A stretch of 63,054 nucleotides of DNA, filler included, from 5 parts of 5 records of this genome joined end to end with filler, not necessarily neighbours in it; one strand, 5' to 3'; shown: positions 39,204 through 49,399, numbered from the whole stretch's first letter. Notes: generated by a model from the letters alone, not told the origin. Made by a program: numbers and translations.

Positions 39204-40146
39204 TCAAAAACTCACTGATCGTCACCGCCGTCGCAAACGCGTCCACAACCCCCAAGTGGTTTGTATCGGGCACCCTTAGATACCTGCCCTTGTTCGTCAC
39301 CTCAGACATCACGGGCTCGTATTGATCCGCGATAAATGCCTCATCTTCAGCACCGACAATCAATAGAAACGGGGGCAAAGCAGCTATGTCTGACATGTAA
39401 TCCATGCGTGGCGCATAGGATGTATTCAAACGGTAGGAATACGACAGCGTGGCCAAATCCCCATACGGCCCATCCAACACCGATTTAGGCATATTGAATT
39501 CAATGACCTTCAGATGGTTCAGCGCCCTGATGCCAACACCGTTCAACATCGACAAACCGATGATCCGCCGCGTCAGCGCACGCGCCCATCCCCCGACTTG
39601 AACCCGTGTCGTGGGCGCATTGTATTTCAGGAACGGAGCCAACAAAACCGCCGCATCAATTTGGTTGGCATAAGCCCCACCCGCCATCCGCACCACCAAG
39701 CCGCCGCCTGATGAATGCCCGAGCAACACAACCTTTTGTCCCTCTTTGGCTTTGGACGCAATCAGATCAGCCAAATCTTCCTCAAACTGCCCAATATGGT
39801 CTACATCGCCGCGTCGACCAGGTTTAGCCCCATGTCCCCGCAGGTCCGGGATCAGGATATCGGCCTGCAAGGATTGGGCCAGCCCCGCGAATTGCAACCC
39901 ATTCCAGCTGGACCCATGCACCATCACCACCAGCGGACCCGTTTCAGAGGGGATATGGCGCACTTGCAGCGCATAACCGTCGCGCATGATCACATCTTGC
40001 GGATCAGGAAGCAGCGCCCCCGTTTGAATGCCGGAGAAATCCAGCGTTTCCCCGGCGCCACCCCCATTGGGTGCCTGCGAGGCGATCAAACCCAAAGCGA
40101 CCAATCCAGCGCCCCCGAAACCGATGGCAACCGATTTCAGGATCAT
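39193..40146 (-). CDS. Alpha/beta hydrolase with N-terminal membrane anchor
   Basis: VHGS, PDLRGHG, GHSSGG nucleophile elbow. Confidence 0.85.
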   Translation of the reverse strand: MILKSVAIGFGGAGLVALGLIASQAPNGGGAGETLDFSGIQTGALLPDPQDVIMRDGYALQVRHIPSETGPLVVMVHGSSWNGLQFAGLAQSLQADILIPDLRGHGAKPGRRGDVDHIGQFEEDLADLIASKAKEGQKVVLLGHSSGGGLVVRMAGGAYANQIDAAVLLAPFLKYNAPTTRVQVGGWARALTRRIIGLSMLNGVGIRALNHLKVIEFNMPKSVLDGPYGDLATLSYSYRLNTSYAPRMDYMSDIAALPPFLLIVGAEDEAFIADQYEPVMSEVTNKGRYLRVPDTNHLGVVDAFATAVTISEFLNDL

Positions 40147-40151
40147 GCCAA

Positions 40152-41774
40152 TCACGCAACAACGCCCCGGTCGCGGATCAACTTCCACTGGATCGCATCC
40201 AACAGCGCCTCGAACGAGGCATCGACTATGTTTGCCGACACACCGACCGTTGACCAACGCCGACCCTGTCCATCTTCGCTGTCGATGATCACACGCGTCA
40301 CCGCTTCGGTACCACCCTGAGTTATGCGCACTTTGAAATCGACCAGCTTCATGTCAGTCAATGTCTCGGAATACTGCCCCAGGTCCTTGGCCAACGCTTT
40401 GGACAATGCGTTCACCGGGCCGCGGTCGTTGCCAGTTTCATCCATCGATTCACTGACCGACAGTTTCTTTTCACCGTCGACTTTGACCACAACTACCGCC
40501 TCGGACAGGCTGACCATTTTGTTGTACTTGTTCTTGCGCCGCTCCACGGTGACCTTATATCGCTTCACCTCAAAGAACTTTGGCATCTGCCCTAATTCTT
40601 CGCGCGCCAACAACTCGAACGAGGCCTGCGCGGTGTCATAGGAATACCCCTCGCCCTCGCGGGTTTTGATCCGGTCTAAAATCCGACCCAACGCCGGATC
40701 ACCTTTTTCAACAACCATACCCGCATCAGACAACCGCTTGCGCAGGTTTGATTGACCAGCCTGATTGGACATCGGAATGATGCGTTCATTTCCAACCACA
40801 GACGGATCAATATGTTCATAGGTCGAAGGATCTTTAAGGATCGCGCTGGCATGCAACCCCGCCTTATGGGCAAAGGCCGACGCGCCAACATAAGCCGATT
40901 GCTTGCTCGGCACCCGGTTCAGCGTGTCATCCAACATCCGGCTTATGCGCGTCAGACTTGCCAGCGACTCCCGAGTGATCCCGATTTCAAACTGGCTGGC
41001 ATAAGGTTCCTTAAGCAACAGTGTCGGGATCAGGGACGTCAAATTGGCATTGCCACAGCGTTCCCCCAATCCATTCAACGTCCCTTGAATTTGACGCGCG
41101 CCAGCATCCACCGCAGCCAGCGAACAGGCCACCGCCTGTTCCGTATCATTATGCGTATGGATCGCCAGATGATCCCCGGGAATGCCCGCCGCGATCACCT
41201 CGGCCACAATGCGCCCAACCTCTGAGGGCAGCGCCCCCCCATTGGTGTCACACAGCACAATCCAACGCGCCCCGGCCTCTAACGCGGCTTTGCACACCTG
41301 AACGGCATAGGCAGGGTTGTCTTTGTAGCCGTCAAAGAAATGTTCCGCGTCATACAACGCCTCACGACCCAGCGACACGATATGCGCCATCGAGGCGCGC
41401 ACGTTTTCAACATTCTCGTCCAATGGAATGCCAAGCGCCTCGGTCACGTGATAGTCATGCGCCTTGCCAACCAGACACACCGCCCCGGTTCCGGCATTCA
41501 GGACCGCAGCCAGAACATCGTCGTTTTCCGCCGAACGCCCAGACCGTTTGGTCATGCCAAAGGCGGTCAACTGCGCACGCGTTTTCGGAGCCTCATCGAA
41601 AAACGCTGAATCCGTTGGATTTGCGCCCGGCCATCCGCCCTCGATATAATCAATACCCAGACCATCCAGCGCCTCGGTAATCTGCACCTTTTCAGCGGTC
41701 GAGAACTGAACGCCCTGCGTTTGCTGCCCGTCACGCAGGGTGGTGTCATAAAGATAGAGGCGTTCCTTGGTCAT
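40152..41774 (-). CDS. cimA: Citramalate synthase
   Basis: YDTTLRDGQQ, EGGWPGANP, YDAEHFFDG, LCDTNGG, HTHND, GERCGN, AFAHKAGLH; C-terminal regulatory domain. Confidence 0.9.
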   Translation of the reverse strand: MTKERLYLYDTTLRDGQQTQGVQFSTAEKVQITEALDGLGIDYIEGGWPGANPTDSAFFDEAPKTRAQLTAFGMTKRSGRSAENDDVLAAVLNAGTGAVCLVGKAHDYHVTEALGIPLDENVENVRASMAHIVSLGREALYDAEHFFDGYKDNPAYAVQVCKAALEAGARWIVLCDTNGGALPSEVGRIVAEVIAAGIPGDHLAIHTHNDTEQAVACSLAAVDAGARQIQGTLNGLGERCGNANLTSLIPTLLLKEPYASQFEIGITRESLASLTRISRMLDDTLNRVPSKQSAYVGASAFAHKAGLHASAILKDPSTYEHIDPSVVGNERIIPMSNQAGQSNLRKRLSDAGMVVEKGDPALGRILDRIKTREGEGYSYDTAQASFELLAREELGQMPKFFEVKRYKVTVERRKNKYNKMVSLSEAVVVVKVDGEKKLSVSESMDETGNDRGPVNALSKALAKDLGQYSETLTDMKLVDFKVRITQGGTEAVTRVIIDSEDGQGRRWSTVGVSANIVDASFEALLDAIQWKLIRDRGVVA

Positions 41775-41798
41775 GGTCTTTTGGCTCTCTGGCTAATT

Positions 41799-41874
41799 CG
41801 GGCAGTGCCCGTTCGCAGGTGGGTGTAAAGCGCCCGCCCATGGGTGCGGGCGAGCGCAGCCCGGGCTGGCCCGG
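41799..41874. repeat. Cluster of short GC-rich palindromes in the cysS-cimA spacer
   Basis: CGGGCAGTGCCCG; CGCCCGC-CCATGGGT-GCGGGCG; CCGGGCTGGCCCGG. Confidence 0.45.
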
Positions 41875-41889
41875 ATCAAGTTGTTAGTT

Positions 41890-43497
41890 TCACAATTCTG
41901 CTTTGTGCTTTTCCAAACCCTTTCGAAACTCTTTCATGCGTTGAAGAGTTTCGTTCCATCGGTCTTGTTGAGTCTGCATGCTCCCACTGCTACCTGAGCT
42001 AATTCGGACGACACCTGTGCTCCGCAATTTGGAGTTCAATTCCCACTCATACCCATCTTTTGTATCATTTACTTCGAAGCCAAAGTGCGGAAGGTCATTG
42101 TCTCTCATCTCGTCAGCCCATTTGAACATCCGGCCTCCGTTTTCTTTGTCCCCTGACTTCATAAGCTCCTTGGCACGTTTCTTAAGCTTGTTTCTCAAAA
42201 CCATCCATTCTTCGACTTCCTCAGCGAAGAATGATTTGTCGAAATCCTGCTCTTCTTCGAACCAAGCACCCAACTCATCTGACAGCAATCCCAGCACTTG
42301 TGCGGACGCCAAAAAATTTGCGAGTAAACCTGCGTGGAAATTCACCGGTTCATTCAGAGCTTTTTCTTGGCGACCTATTGAACGCTCCAAACGATAGAGT
42401 TCCGAGATTGCTCCCGCCACATTTAAATCGTCTTTCAATGCGGACAGCACAGCTTCATCAACCATACCGAGTTCCACACCAGCAGTCATTTTCCGCCAGC
42501 GCTTTAAGGTTGCTTCAGCCTCTTTCGCCTTCTTTTCAGTCCAATCCATCGGCTTGCGATAATGCGTTGACAAGAACACGAACCGGATCACTTCGCCCGG
42601 CACGCCCTTTTCCAGCAAATCGCGCACGGTGAAAAAGTTGCCCAACGACTTGGACATCTTCTTACCTTCGACTTGCAACATCTCATTGTGCAGCCAATAA
42701 TTCGCAAATCCGCCTTCGGGATCAGCACAGCAGCTTTGCGCGATTTCATTCTCGTGATGCGGGAACATCAAATCATTGCCGCCGCCGTGTATGTCGAAAC
42801 TTACGCCCAACAGCTCCTTTGCCATAGCAGAACATTCAATATGCCAGCCGGGACGTCCCCGACCCCAAGGTGACTCCCAACCCGGCTGTTCGTCAGTCGA
42901 CGGTTTCCACAATACGAAATCCATCGGGTTGCGCTTATACGGTGCGACCTCGACCCGTGCACCGGCGATCATGTCATCAACAGAGCGGCCCGACAGCTTG
43001 CCGTAATGTTCTTTCCATGAATCAACCGCGAACAGAACATGTCCCTCGGCAGCATAGGCGTGGCCTTTGGCAATCAGGTCTTCGTTCATCGCGATCATCT
43101 GAGCAATGTATTGCGTAGCGCGTGGCATGTGATTGGGCTGCATCGCGCCCAACTCGCCCATGTCCTTCAGATACCAATCAATGGTCTCTTCGGTCCGCTC
43201 GCGCACCAGCTCTTCCAACGTGCCCTCGGCGCCGGCCTCTTTGCGGGCCTGCGCGGTTGCGTTGATTTTGTCATCCACGTCGGTGAAATTGCGCACGTAG
43301 GTGACGTGATCGGCGCCATACACCTCGCGCAGCAAGCGATAGAGCACGTCAAACACCACCACCGGGCGCGCGTTGCCGATATGGGCGCGGTCGTAAACAG
43401 TTGGTCCACAGACATACATCCGCACATTGTTGGCATCGATCGGAACAAAGTCTTCCTTCTTCCGGCTCTTGGTGTTGTGCAGTTTGATCGTCGTCAT
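41890..43497 (-). CDS. cysS: Cysteine--tRNA ligase with divergent, extended C-terminus
   Basis: [40 protein letters not shown]. Confidence 0.96.
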   Translation of the reverse strand: MTTIKLHNTKSRKKEDFVPIDANNVRMYVCGPTVYDRAHIGNARPVVVFDVLYRLLREVYGADHVTYVRNFTDVDDKINATAQARKEAGAEGTLEELVRERTEETIDWYLKDMGELGAMQPNHMPRATQYIAQMIAMNEDLIAKGHAYAAEGHVLFAVDSWKEHYGKLSGRSVDDMIAGARVEVAPYKRNPMDFVLWKPSTDEQPGWESPWGRGRPGWHIECSAMAKELLGVSFDIHGGGNDLMFPHHENEIAQSCCADPEGGFANYWLHNEMLQVEGKKMSKSLGNFFTVRDLLEKGVPGEVIRFVFLSTHYRKPMDWTEKKAKEAEATLKRWRKMTAGVELGMVDEAVLSALKDDLNVAGAISELYRLERSIGRQEKALNEPVNFHAGLLANFLASAQVLGLLSDELGAWFEEEQDFDKSFFAEEVEEWMVLRNKLKKRAKELMKSGDKENGGRMFKWADEMRDNDLPHFGFEVNDTKDGYEWELNSKLRSTGVVRISSGSSGSMQTQQDRWNETLQRMKEFRKGLEKHKAEL

Positions 43498-43602
43498 GTC
43501 TTTGGTCCTTACACAGGCTCAGGCCACCACAGGGCGCTTATGGCCGCGGGCTTAGCAAGTTGTCTCAGCAATGAAAACGAAAGAAACCAGCCCGCGAAAA
43601 AT

Positions 43603-43647
43603 TCAGCAGGTAATGCAGCAGGTAATAATGCAAATGCTCTGGTTCAT
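43603..43647 (-). CDS. Putative attenuator leader peptide MNQSICIITCCITC upstream of cysS-cimA
   Basis: ATG AAC CAG AGC ATT TGC ATT ATT ACC TGC TGC ATT ACC TGC TGA on the minus strand, 105 nt upstream of the cysS start. Confidence 0.8.
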   Translation of the reverse strand: MNQSICIITCCITC

Positions 43648-43653
43648 GAGGAT

Positions 43654-43682
43654 CGGATAGCACGAGAATTCCCGTTCGCCAA
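43654..43682 (-). promoter_or_regulatory. Putative sigma70 promoter placing +1 at the leader-peptide ATG
   Basis: TTGGCG-N17-TATCCG, then 6 nt, then ATG; no Shine-Dalgarno. Confidence 0.55.
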
Positions 43683-43720
43683 GCCTTGAGTACGCCCTCG
43701 CCCTGCGTCACACTGTTGGA

Positions 43721-44065
43721 ATGAGCCGAAAGATCGTCAATTCCATTTGTGAAACCTTCCCGGGGGCCGAGGTCTCTGACCCTTGGGGCGGTGGCCATGA
43801 TGCATGGAAGGTGGGCGGCAAGATGTTCGCCTGCATTGGGACGGCGGATGATGGTGTGTCTGTCAAAACACCTGATGTTGAAACAGCTGCGATGCTGATC
43901 GAAGCCGGTGTTGGAGTCAAAGCACCCTATTTCCACAAAAGCTGGATCCGTTTGCCTTGGGGCACAGACGCTGATGAGATGCGCCACCGTCTAGAGGTCT
44001 CATATGATATCATTCGGGCGAGCCTGACGAAAAAGCTGCAAGCGACACTGCCGACGCGAAGCTGA
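43721..44065 (+). CDS. MmcQ/YjbR family DNA-binding protein
   Basis: WKVGGKMFA, APYFHKSWI, SYDIIRASLTKK. Confidence 0.88.
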   Translation: MSRKIVNSICETFPGAEVSDPWGGGHDAWKVGGKMFACIGTADDGVSVKTPDVETAAMLIEAGVGVKAPYFHKSWIRLPWGTDADEMRHRLEVSYDIIRASLTKKLQATLPTRS

Positions 44066-44123
44066 TTGACAAATCAGCGCACCTCTGCCCCTCTCCGATC
44101 AATTCGGATTTGAGGAGGTCAAC

Positions 44124-45314
44124 ATGCAGTTGTCACATCGCATCACACATCTTACCGGCGGTGGATCTGACGGGTGGGAGGTATTTTATCGCGCTCGCCA
44201 GATGAAAGCGGATGGTATTCCCGTGACAGAGCTGACGATCGGCGAACACGACATTGGCACGGACGCTTCGATTTTGGCCGCGATGAACGCGGCTGCTGTG
44301 GGCGGGCATACAGGGTATGCCATGGTTCCGGGTATCGATACGCTGCGCGATACAGTTGCCGCCCGCGTTCAAGCCCAAAGCGGCGTTCCCACCACCAGAC
44401 ACAACGTGTTGATCACCCCCGGTGGTCAGTCTGCCCTGTTTGCAGCCCATAACGCGACCTGCAACGCGGGCGACACCGCATTGTTCATTGATCCTTATTA
44501 TGCCACCTACCCCGGCACAATTCGCGGTGTTGGTGCTGTTCCTGTCGCGGTTCAAGCGCACGCCGATAATGCGTTTCAGCCGCGTGCCGCGGACATTGCC
44601 GCCGTTGCGAGCAAAGGCGCCGCGTCGTTGTTGGTCAACTCCCCTAACAACCCAACCGGTGTCGTGTATTCCCGCGAAACTTTGGAAGGGATCGCTGAGG
44701 TTTGCAAAACGTACGATTTGTGGCTGATTTCGGACGAAGTTTATGACACGCAGGTTTGGGAAGGCGAACATATCTCACCGCGTGCACTGCCTGACATGGC
44801 GGAACGCACGCTGGTTGTTGGGTCCATGTCAAAATCCCATGCGATGACCGGATCGCGCTGTGGTTGGATCGTTGGCCCCGAAGAGGTGATCGAACATCTC
44901 ATCAACCTCGCCACACACACCACCTATGGCGTACCCGGGTTCATTCAGGATGCTGCCAATTTTGCCCTGAACGCCGGGGACGACTTGGAAAAAGAGGTCG
45001 CCGCGCCCTTTGAACGCCGCCGTGCGTTGGCACGGGACCTTTTGGCGAACCAGAACACTGTTGGATTGGTGCCAGCCCAAGGTGCGATGTATCTGATGTT
45101 GGATATGCGTGCGACTGGGCTGAGCGGTGAGGAATTCGCCAACATGCTGCTTGATACGCACAAGATTGCGGTCATGCCCGGCGAAAGCTTTGGTCAGGCT
45201 GCACATGGACACATTCGGGTCGCTATGACCATTCCGGACGACCAGTTTCTGGCCGCGCTGAAAACGCTGTGTGACATGGCCGCAGACCTGTCCAACAAAC
45301 GCGCCGCTGAATGA
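44124..45314 (+). CDS. PLP-dependent aminotransferase class I/II
   Basis: NSPNNPTG, ISDEVY, SMSKSHAMTGSRCGW; GAGGAGG RBS. Confidence 0.92.
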   Translation: MQLSHRITHLTGGGSDGWEVFYRARQMKADGIPVTELTIGEHDIGTDASILAAMNAAAVGGHTGYAMVPGIDTLRDTVAARVQAQSGVPTTRHNVLITPGGQSALFAAHNATCNAGDTALFIDPYYATYPGTIRGVGAVPVAVQAHADNAFQPRAADIAAVASKGAASLLVNSPNNPTGVVYSRETLEGIAEVCKTYDLWLISDEVYDTQVWEGEHISPRALPDMAERTLVVGSMSKSHAMTGSRCGWIVGPEEVIEHLINLATHTTYGVPGFIQDAANFALNAGDDLEKEVAAPFERRRALARDLLANQNTVGLVPAQGAMYLMLDMRATGLSGEEFANMLLDTHKIAVMPGESFGQAAHGHIRVAMTIPDDQFLAALKTLCDMAADLSNKRAAE

Positions 45315-45318
45315 GGTC

Positions 45319-45345
45319 TGGCGCGGCCCTACTAGGGCCGCGCCA
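45319..45345. terminator. Hairpin between convergent genes (probable terminator)
   Basis: TGGCGCGGCCCT-ACT-AGGGCCGCGCCA, perfect 12-bp stem. Confidence 0.65.
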
Positions 45346-45368
45346 TTCAAACCCGCGTCGGTTCAGGG

Positions 45369-45890
45369 TCAGAACCGGAACGAGGCCCTTAGATTAAACG
45401 TGTTTGTGTCAAAATCAGAACCAGAGCCGTTCAGATTGCTAAAGTCATGACGCAGCACTTCGCCGCTGACCGTCCATTGGTCGGTCACAGGGAAAGCCAT
45501 CCCGATTCCATATACCGCGCCCGTGTCGTTACCGAATGATGTATCGGCCCGGGCCGCGCCTACGACCGCATAGCCAAGGGCCGGGCCGAAATCATATCCA
45601 CCTTTCAGCTTGAACCGTCCGATATTGTCGATCGAGCCGCCAGCACCCCCAAGATCAATTCCGACACGGTCATATTCCAGCTCAGCACCCACGACGATAT
45701 TGTTGCCGAAATCATAGTTGTATCCGATGTGGCCACCAAATGTGGCGTTGTCACCGTCTTGTGCACCGGGGCCATCCGTGTCCCCGTATCCAACACCAAA
45801 ACCGGCATATGCGCCGGTCCAGTCTGCCGCCATAACCGGGGCCGCGGCCGCAATAGACAGGCCTGTAACTGCAGAAATCAAGAGTTTCAT
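45369..45890 (-). CDS. Outer-membrane beta-barrel protein (Omp25/RopB-like)
   Basis: Signal peptide; DWTGAYAG, GYNYDFG; C-terminal ASFRF. Confidence 0.85.
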   Translation of the reverse strand: MKLLISAVTGLSIAAAAPVMAADWTGAYAGFGVGYGDTDGPGAQDGDNATFGGHIGYNYDFGNNIVVGAELEYDRVGIDLGGAGGSIDNIGRFKLKGGYDFGPALGYAVVGAARADTSFGNDTGAVYGIGMAFPVTDQWTVSGEVLRHDFSNLNGSGSDFDTNTFNLRASFRF

Positions 45891-46151
45891 ATTCTTACTC
45901 CACCTTCGTTAGAACGAACACGGTGCGTCATTTTTTTAATGACTTTTTACACCTCGGTTCGTCGTGTCAGACAGATGGGGAGATGTGGGCAGGCATTCAA
46001 CCAACACCCCCAACGGCTCAAATCACAAGGTCAGTAATCCGCCGATCCCTCAGCAAAAAGCTGCGCAGAACTGGAAATTCATTTGGTCGCAAACAGGACA
46101 GACCGGGTCGGTGTTGAATGCCATTGTATACGTCAAGACGAGGGAGAAACG

Positions 46152-46244
46152 ATGCACAACGAGCAGTGGAAAATCTGTTTGGTCAGCCGCACGATTGGTG
46201 CGGACCGTGGCCGTGCCGCGCGTGGGCGTCCCTGTGTGAGTTGA
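46152..46244 (+). CDS. Possible 30-aa small ORF upstream of the MttB-family gene
   Basis: GAGGGAG RBS then MHNEQWKICLVSRTIGADRGRAARGRPCVS-stop. Confidence 0.25.
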   Translation: MHNEQWKICLVSRTIGADRGRAARGRPCVS

Positions 46245-46284
46245 GCTAAAACATCTAACTTTTACTCTACTCGGAATTTACAAA

Positions 46285-46983
46285 ATGAACGATCAATCCC
46301 GTGCCTCCGCTCGTAGCGGTGGGCGCTCTGCCCGTCGTGCTGCCCGTGCCGCAGCCCTGCCAGATCACCTCCGCCCCATCCGCCAAGGCATGGAGGGTGG
46401 CGCGCTCAACCTGCTGAGCCAACAAGACATGGAACGCATCCACAGTGGTGCCTTGGATGCATTGGAACAGATCGGGTTGGCAGATGCCCCGCCCAGCGGA
46501 ATCGAATATCTGGTCAATGCCGGGTGCACCCTTGGCGAAGATGGCCGCCTTCGTTTTCCCCGCGCCTTAGTCGAAGATACACTGGCCAAAGCGAACCGGT
46601 CGGTTGTTCTCTTTAGCCGGGATGGAAAGACCGATTTGGATCTTTCGGGCACCAAGGTCCATTATGGCACCGCCGGGGCCGCCGTCAGCATGGTTGATGT
46701 GGATGGTCGTAACTACCGGGACTCTACGGTTCAGGACCTGCACGACGCAGCCCGTATCTGTAACCACTTAGACAACATTCACTTTGTGCAGCGCCCCATG
46801 GTGTGCCGCGACATCCCAGACAACCGCGAGATGGACCTCAACACCATTTATGCCTGCACGTCGGGCACCTTCAAACATATCGGCACGTCGTTTACCGAAC
46901 CGTCATATGTCAAACCCGCACTGGAAATGTTGCACGCCATTGCAGGTGGCGAAGACAAATGGCGCGAACGCCCGTTTATGTCC
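46285..46983 (+). CDS. Trimethylamine methyltransferase (MttB) family protein (3' truncated)
   Basis: RSGGRSARRAAR N-terminus, IHSGALDALEQIG, HYGTAGAA, KHIGTSF. Confidence 0.85.
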
Positions 46984-47083
46984 NNNNNNNNNNNNNNNNN
47001 NNNNNNNNNNNNNNNNNNNNNNNNNNNTTAATTAATTAANNNNNNNNNNNNNNNNNNNNNNNNNNNNNNNNNNNNNNNNNNNN
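46984..47083. other. Artificial contig spacer
   Basis: N run, TTAATTAATTAA, N run. Confidence 0.99.
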
Positions 47084-47224
47084 GAAGGTGAGCGCATCAT
47101 TCATGAGGAACGCTTGTTAGCCGATAAGGGCTGGCGAGTACGTTTCATTGAACAAGGACCAGACGGATATCTCTATTTTGGCGTTGATGATGGCATGGTT
47201 ATGCGTTTAGTGCCTGTGCATTGA
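47084..47224 (+). CDS. C-terminus of a PQQ-dependent aldose sugar dehydrogenase-like protein (5' truncated)
   Basis: Hand translation EERLL...RVRFIEQGPDGYLYFGVDDGMVMRLVP. Confidence 0.7.
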   Translation, partial: EGERIIHEERLLADKGWRVRFIEQGPDGYLYFGVDDGMVMRLVPVH

Positions 47225-47417
47225 GTGCCCATCTCTGAAGGTTTCTTATACTCAAGTATGGCGCTTTTTCGTGATGCCTTAAGTTATGCCTAGCGCGACA
47301 TTTGGGGTGATCATTTAAAGTGATCAGCATTTAATCAAAATTATTGTTCATTGTGGGTTACATCCTGCGCACCATATCCTATGTTAGTAGGCTGATTTTA
47401 AATGGTGAAATATCGTA

Positions 47418-49268
47418 ATGCGCCCAAGTACTGAGACTCCCGAAGATTCTGAAAATCAGGATCACTGGGGCACTGTAAAAAAATTATTACCATATTTGTG
47501 GGCGCCTGGCAGGTGGGATTTACGGTTTCGTGTAACCGCTGCCATGACCCTTCTTGTGTTGGCTAAGTCCATTGGTGTGTATGTGCCATTTCTCTTTAAG
47601 GATGCCGTTGACGCTATTACTCCCAGCAGGAACATTACTGCCGAGGAAATGGTGGCGGTGGTGCCTGTAGCACTGATTATTGGCTATGGTGTTGCCCGCG
47701 TTTTGACCCTGCTATTTGGCGAATTGCGTGATGCTGTTTTTGTGAAAGTCGGTCAACATGCATTGCGTCAAATTGCGCTTAACACCTTCAGACATCTACA
47801 TAAATTGTCGCTGCGTTTTCACATGGAACGTAAAACGGGCGGTTTGAGCAGGGTTATTGAGCGCGGTACACGCGGAATCGATTTTCTTTTGCGCTTTATG
47901 CTGTTCAATATTATGCCGACATTGCTGGAGATTATTCTAATTTCGAGCATTTTTTGGGTCAAATTCGGATTCGTATACGCTGCGGTTACATTCGCTTGTC
48001 TGTTCAGCTACATATATTTCACGGCCAGTATTACAGATTGGCGCCTGAAGTTTCGACGAGAAATGAACGAGCAGGACACCAAAGCAAACAGTAAAGCTGT
48101 TGATAGCTTGCTAAATTTTGAAACTGTAAAATATTTCACCAATGAAGATTATGAAAGCACACGTTATGACGTTGCTTTAGCACAGTATGAATCTGCTGCA
48201 GTGCGCAGCCAGCTCTCGCTCACGCTGTTAAATGTGGGGCAGGGTATAATTGTCTCGCTGGGCTTGGTAATTGTTCTGTGGATGGCGGCACAAGGCGTTA
48301 TTGATGGCCGCTTCACCATTGGTGAATTTGTTCTTGTGAATAGTCTTCTCATTCAGATTTACATGCCGCTTAATTTTCTTGGTTTCGTTTACCGTGAGAT
48401 AAAACAATCCCTGACGGACATGGAGAAAATGTTCGTTGTGATTGATACCAACCCGGATGTTGAAGATCGCAAAGATGCAAAAAAACTCGCCGTTAATGGC
48501 GGCGCTATTTCGTTTAAAGATGTGTGTTTTGAATATAATCCGGATAGGCGAATTTTACACGGTGTTAGTTTTGAGGTTCCTGCTGGCACAACGACCGCAA
48601 TCGTGGGGGCCAGCGGGGCAGGAAAATCTACTATTTCACGTATTTTATTTCGCTTTTACGACATAGCGTCTGGAAGCGTCTCCATTGACGGTCAAGATAT
48701 TTCCTCAATCACTCAAAAAAGTTTGCGCGAGCAAGTGGGCGTTGTACCGCAGGACACCGTGTTGTTTAACGATAGTATACTATACAATATTCGTTATGGA
48801 CGGCCCGATGCTTCTGACGCTGAGGTTAAAGACGCGGCTAGTTTGGCTCAAATTCACGACTTTGTTGCGAAGTTGCCGGATGGATATGAAACCCAGGTTG
48901 GCGAGCGCGGCTTAAAGCTTTCAGGCGGTGAAAAACAACGAGTTGCTATTGCCCGTACAATTCTAAAAAATCCGGCGATATTGGTTTTAGACGAGGCTAC
49001 TTCGGCTTTGGACAGTCATACTGAGCAGGAAATTCAATCTGCATTTGAGGAAATCTCTGAAGGCAGAACAACCGTAGTTATCGCGCATCGCCTTTCCACG
49101 GTTGTGAATGCCGATGAAATATTAGTTATGGATGATGGCCGCATTATTGAACGCGGTACTCATGACGCTCTTATAGCAATGGGTGGCACTTATGCCGCCA
49201 TGTGGCAGCGCCAGCGTGAAGTGTCGGAAGTTCAAGAAAAACTCGGTGAACTTGTCGAAACCAATTAA
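47418..49268 (+). CDS. ABC transporter ATP-binding/permease, Atm1/ABCB7-like
   Basis: LSLRFHMERKTG, AVDSLLNFETVKYF, PLNFLGFVYRE, GASGAGKS, LSGGEKQR, LDEATSALD. Confidence 0.93.
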   Translation: MRPSTETPEDSENQDHWGTVKKLLPYLWAPGRWDLRFRVTAAMTLLVLAKSIGVYVPFLFKDAVDAITPSRNITAEEMVAVVPVALIIGYGVARVLTLLFGELRDAVFVKVGQHALRQIALNTFRHLHKLSLRFHMERKTGGLSRVIERGTRGIDFLLRFMLFNIMPTLLEIILISSIFWVKFGFVYAAVTFACLFSYIYFTASITDWRLKFRREMNEQDTKANSKAVDSLLNFETVKYFTNEDYESTRYDVALAQYESAAVRSQLSLTLLNVGQGIIVSLGLVIVLWMAAQGVIDGRFTIGEFVLVNSLLIQIYMPLNFLGFVYREIKQSLTDMEKMFVVIDTNPDVEDRKDAKKLAVNGGAISFKDVCFEYNPDRRILHGVSFEVPAGTTTAIVGASGAGKSTISRILFRFYDIASGSVSIDGQDISSITQKSLREQVGVVPQDTVLFNDSILYNIRYGRPDASDAEVKDAASLAQIHDFVAKLPDGYETQVGERGLKLSGGEKQRVAIARTILKNPAILVLDEATSALDSHTEQEIQSAFEEISEGRTTVVIAHRLSTVVNADEILVMDDGRIIERGTHDALIAMGGTYAAMWQRQREVSEVQEKLGELVETN

Positions 49269-49399
49269 CGTGTTTTTTTTGCTTATTAAACTAACCAACT
49301 GACCTCAGGGCGCTTATTGCACATCAGTATGCTGCAGGTAACAAGTGTATTGGGTTTCATCAGCATGTCGAGGCAATGCTAATGAGGGCAGAAGCCGAG

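Noticed and set aside
46285-46983. Pyrrolysine-containing MttB
   Set aside because: No in-frame TAG in the visible part and no pyl genes; the relevant position lies beyond the contig end.
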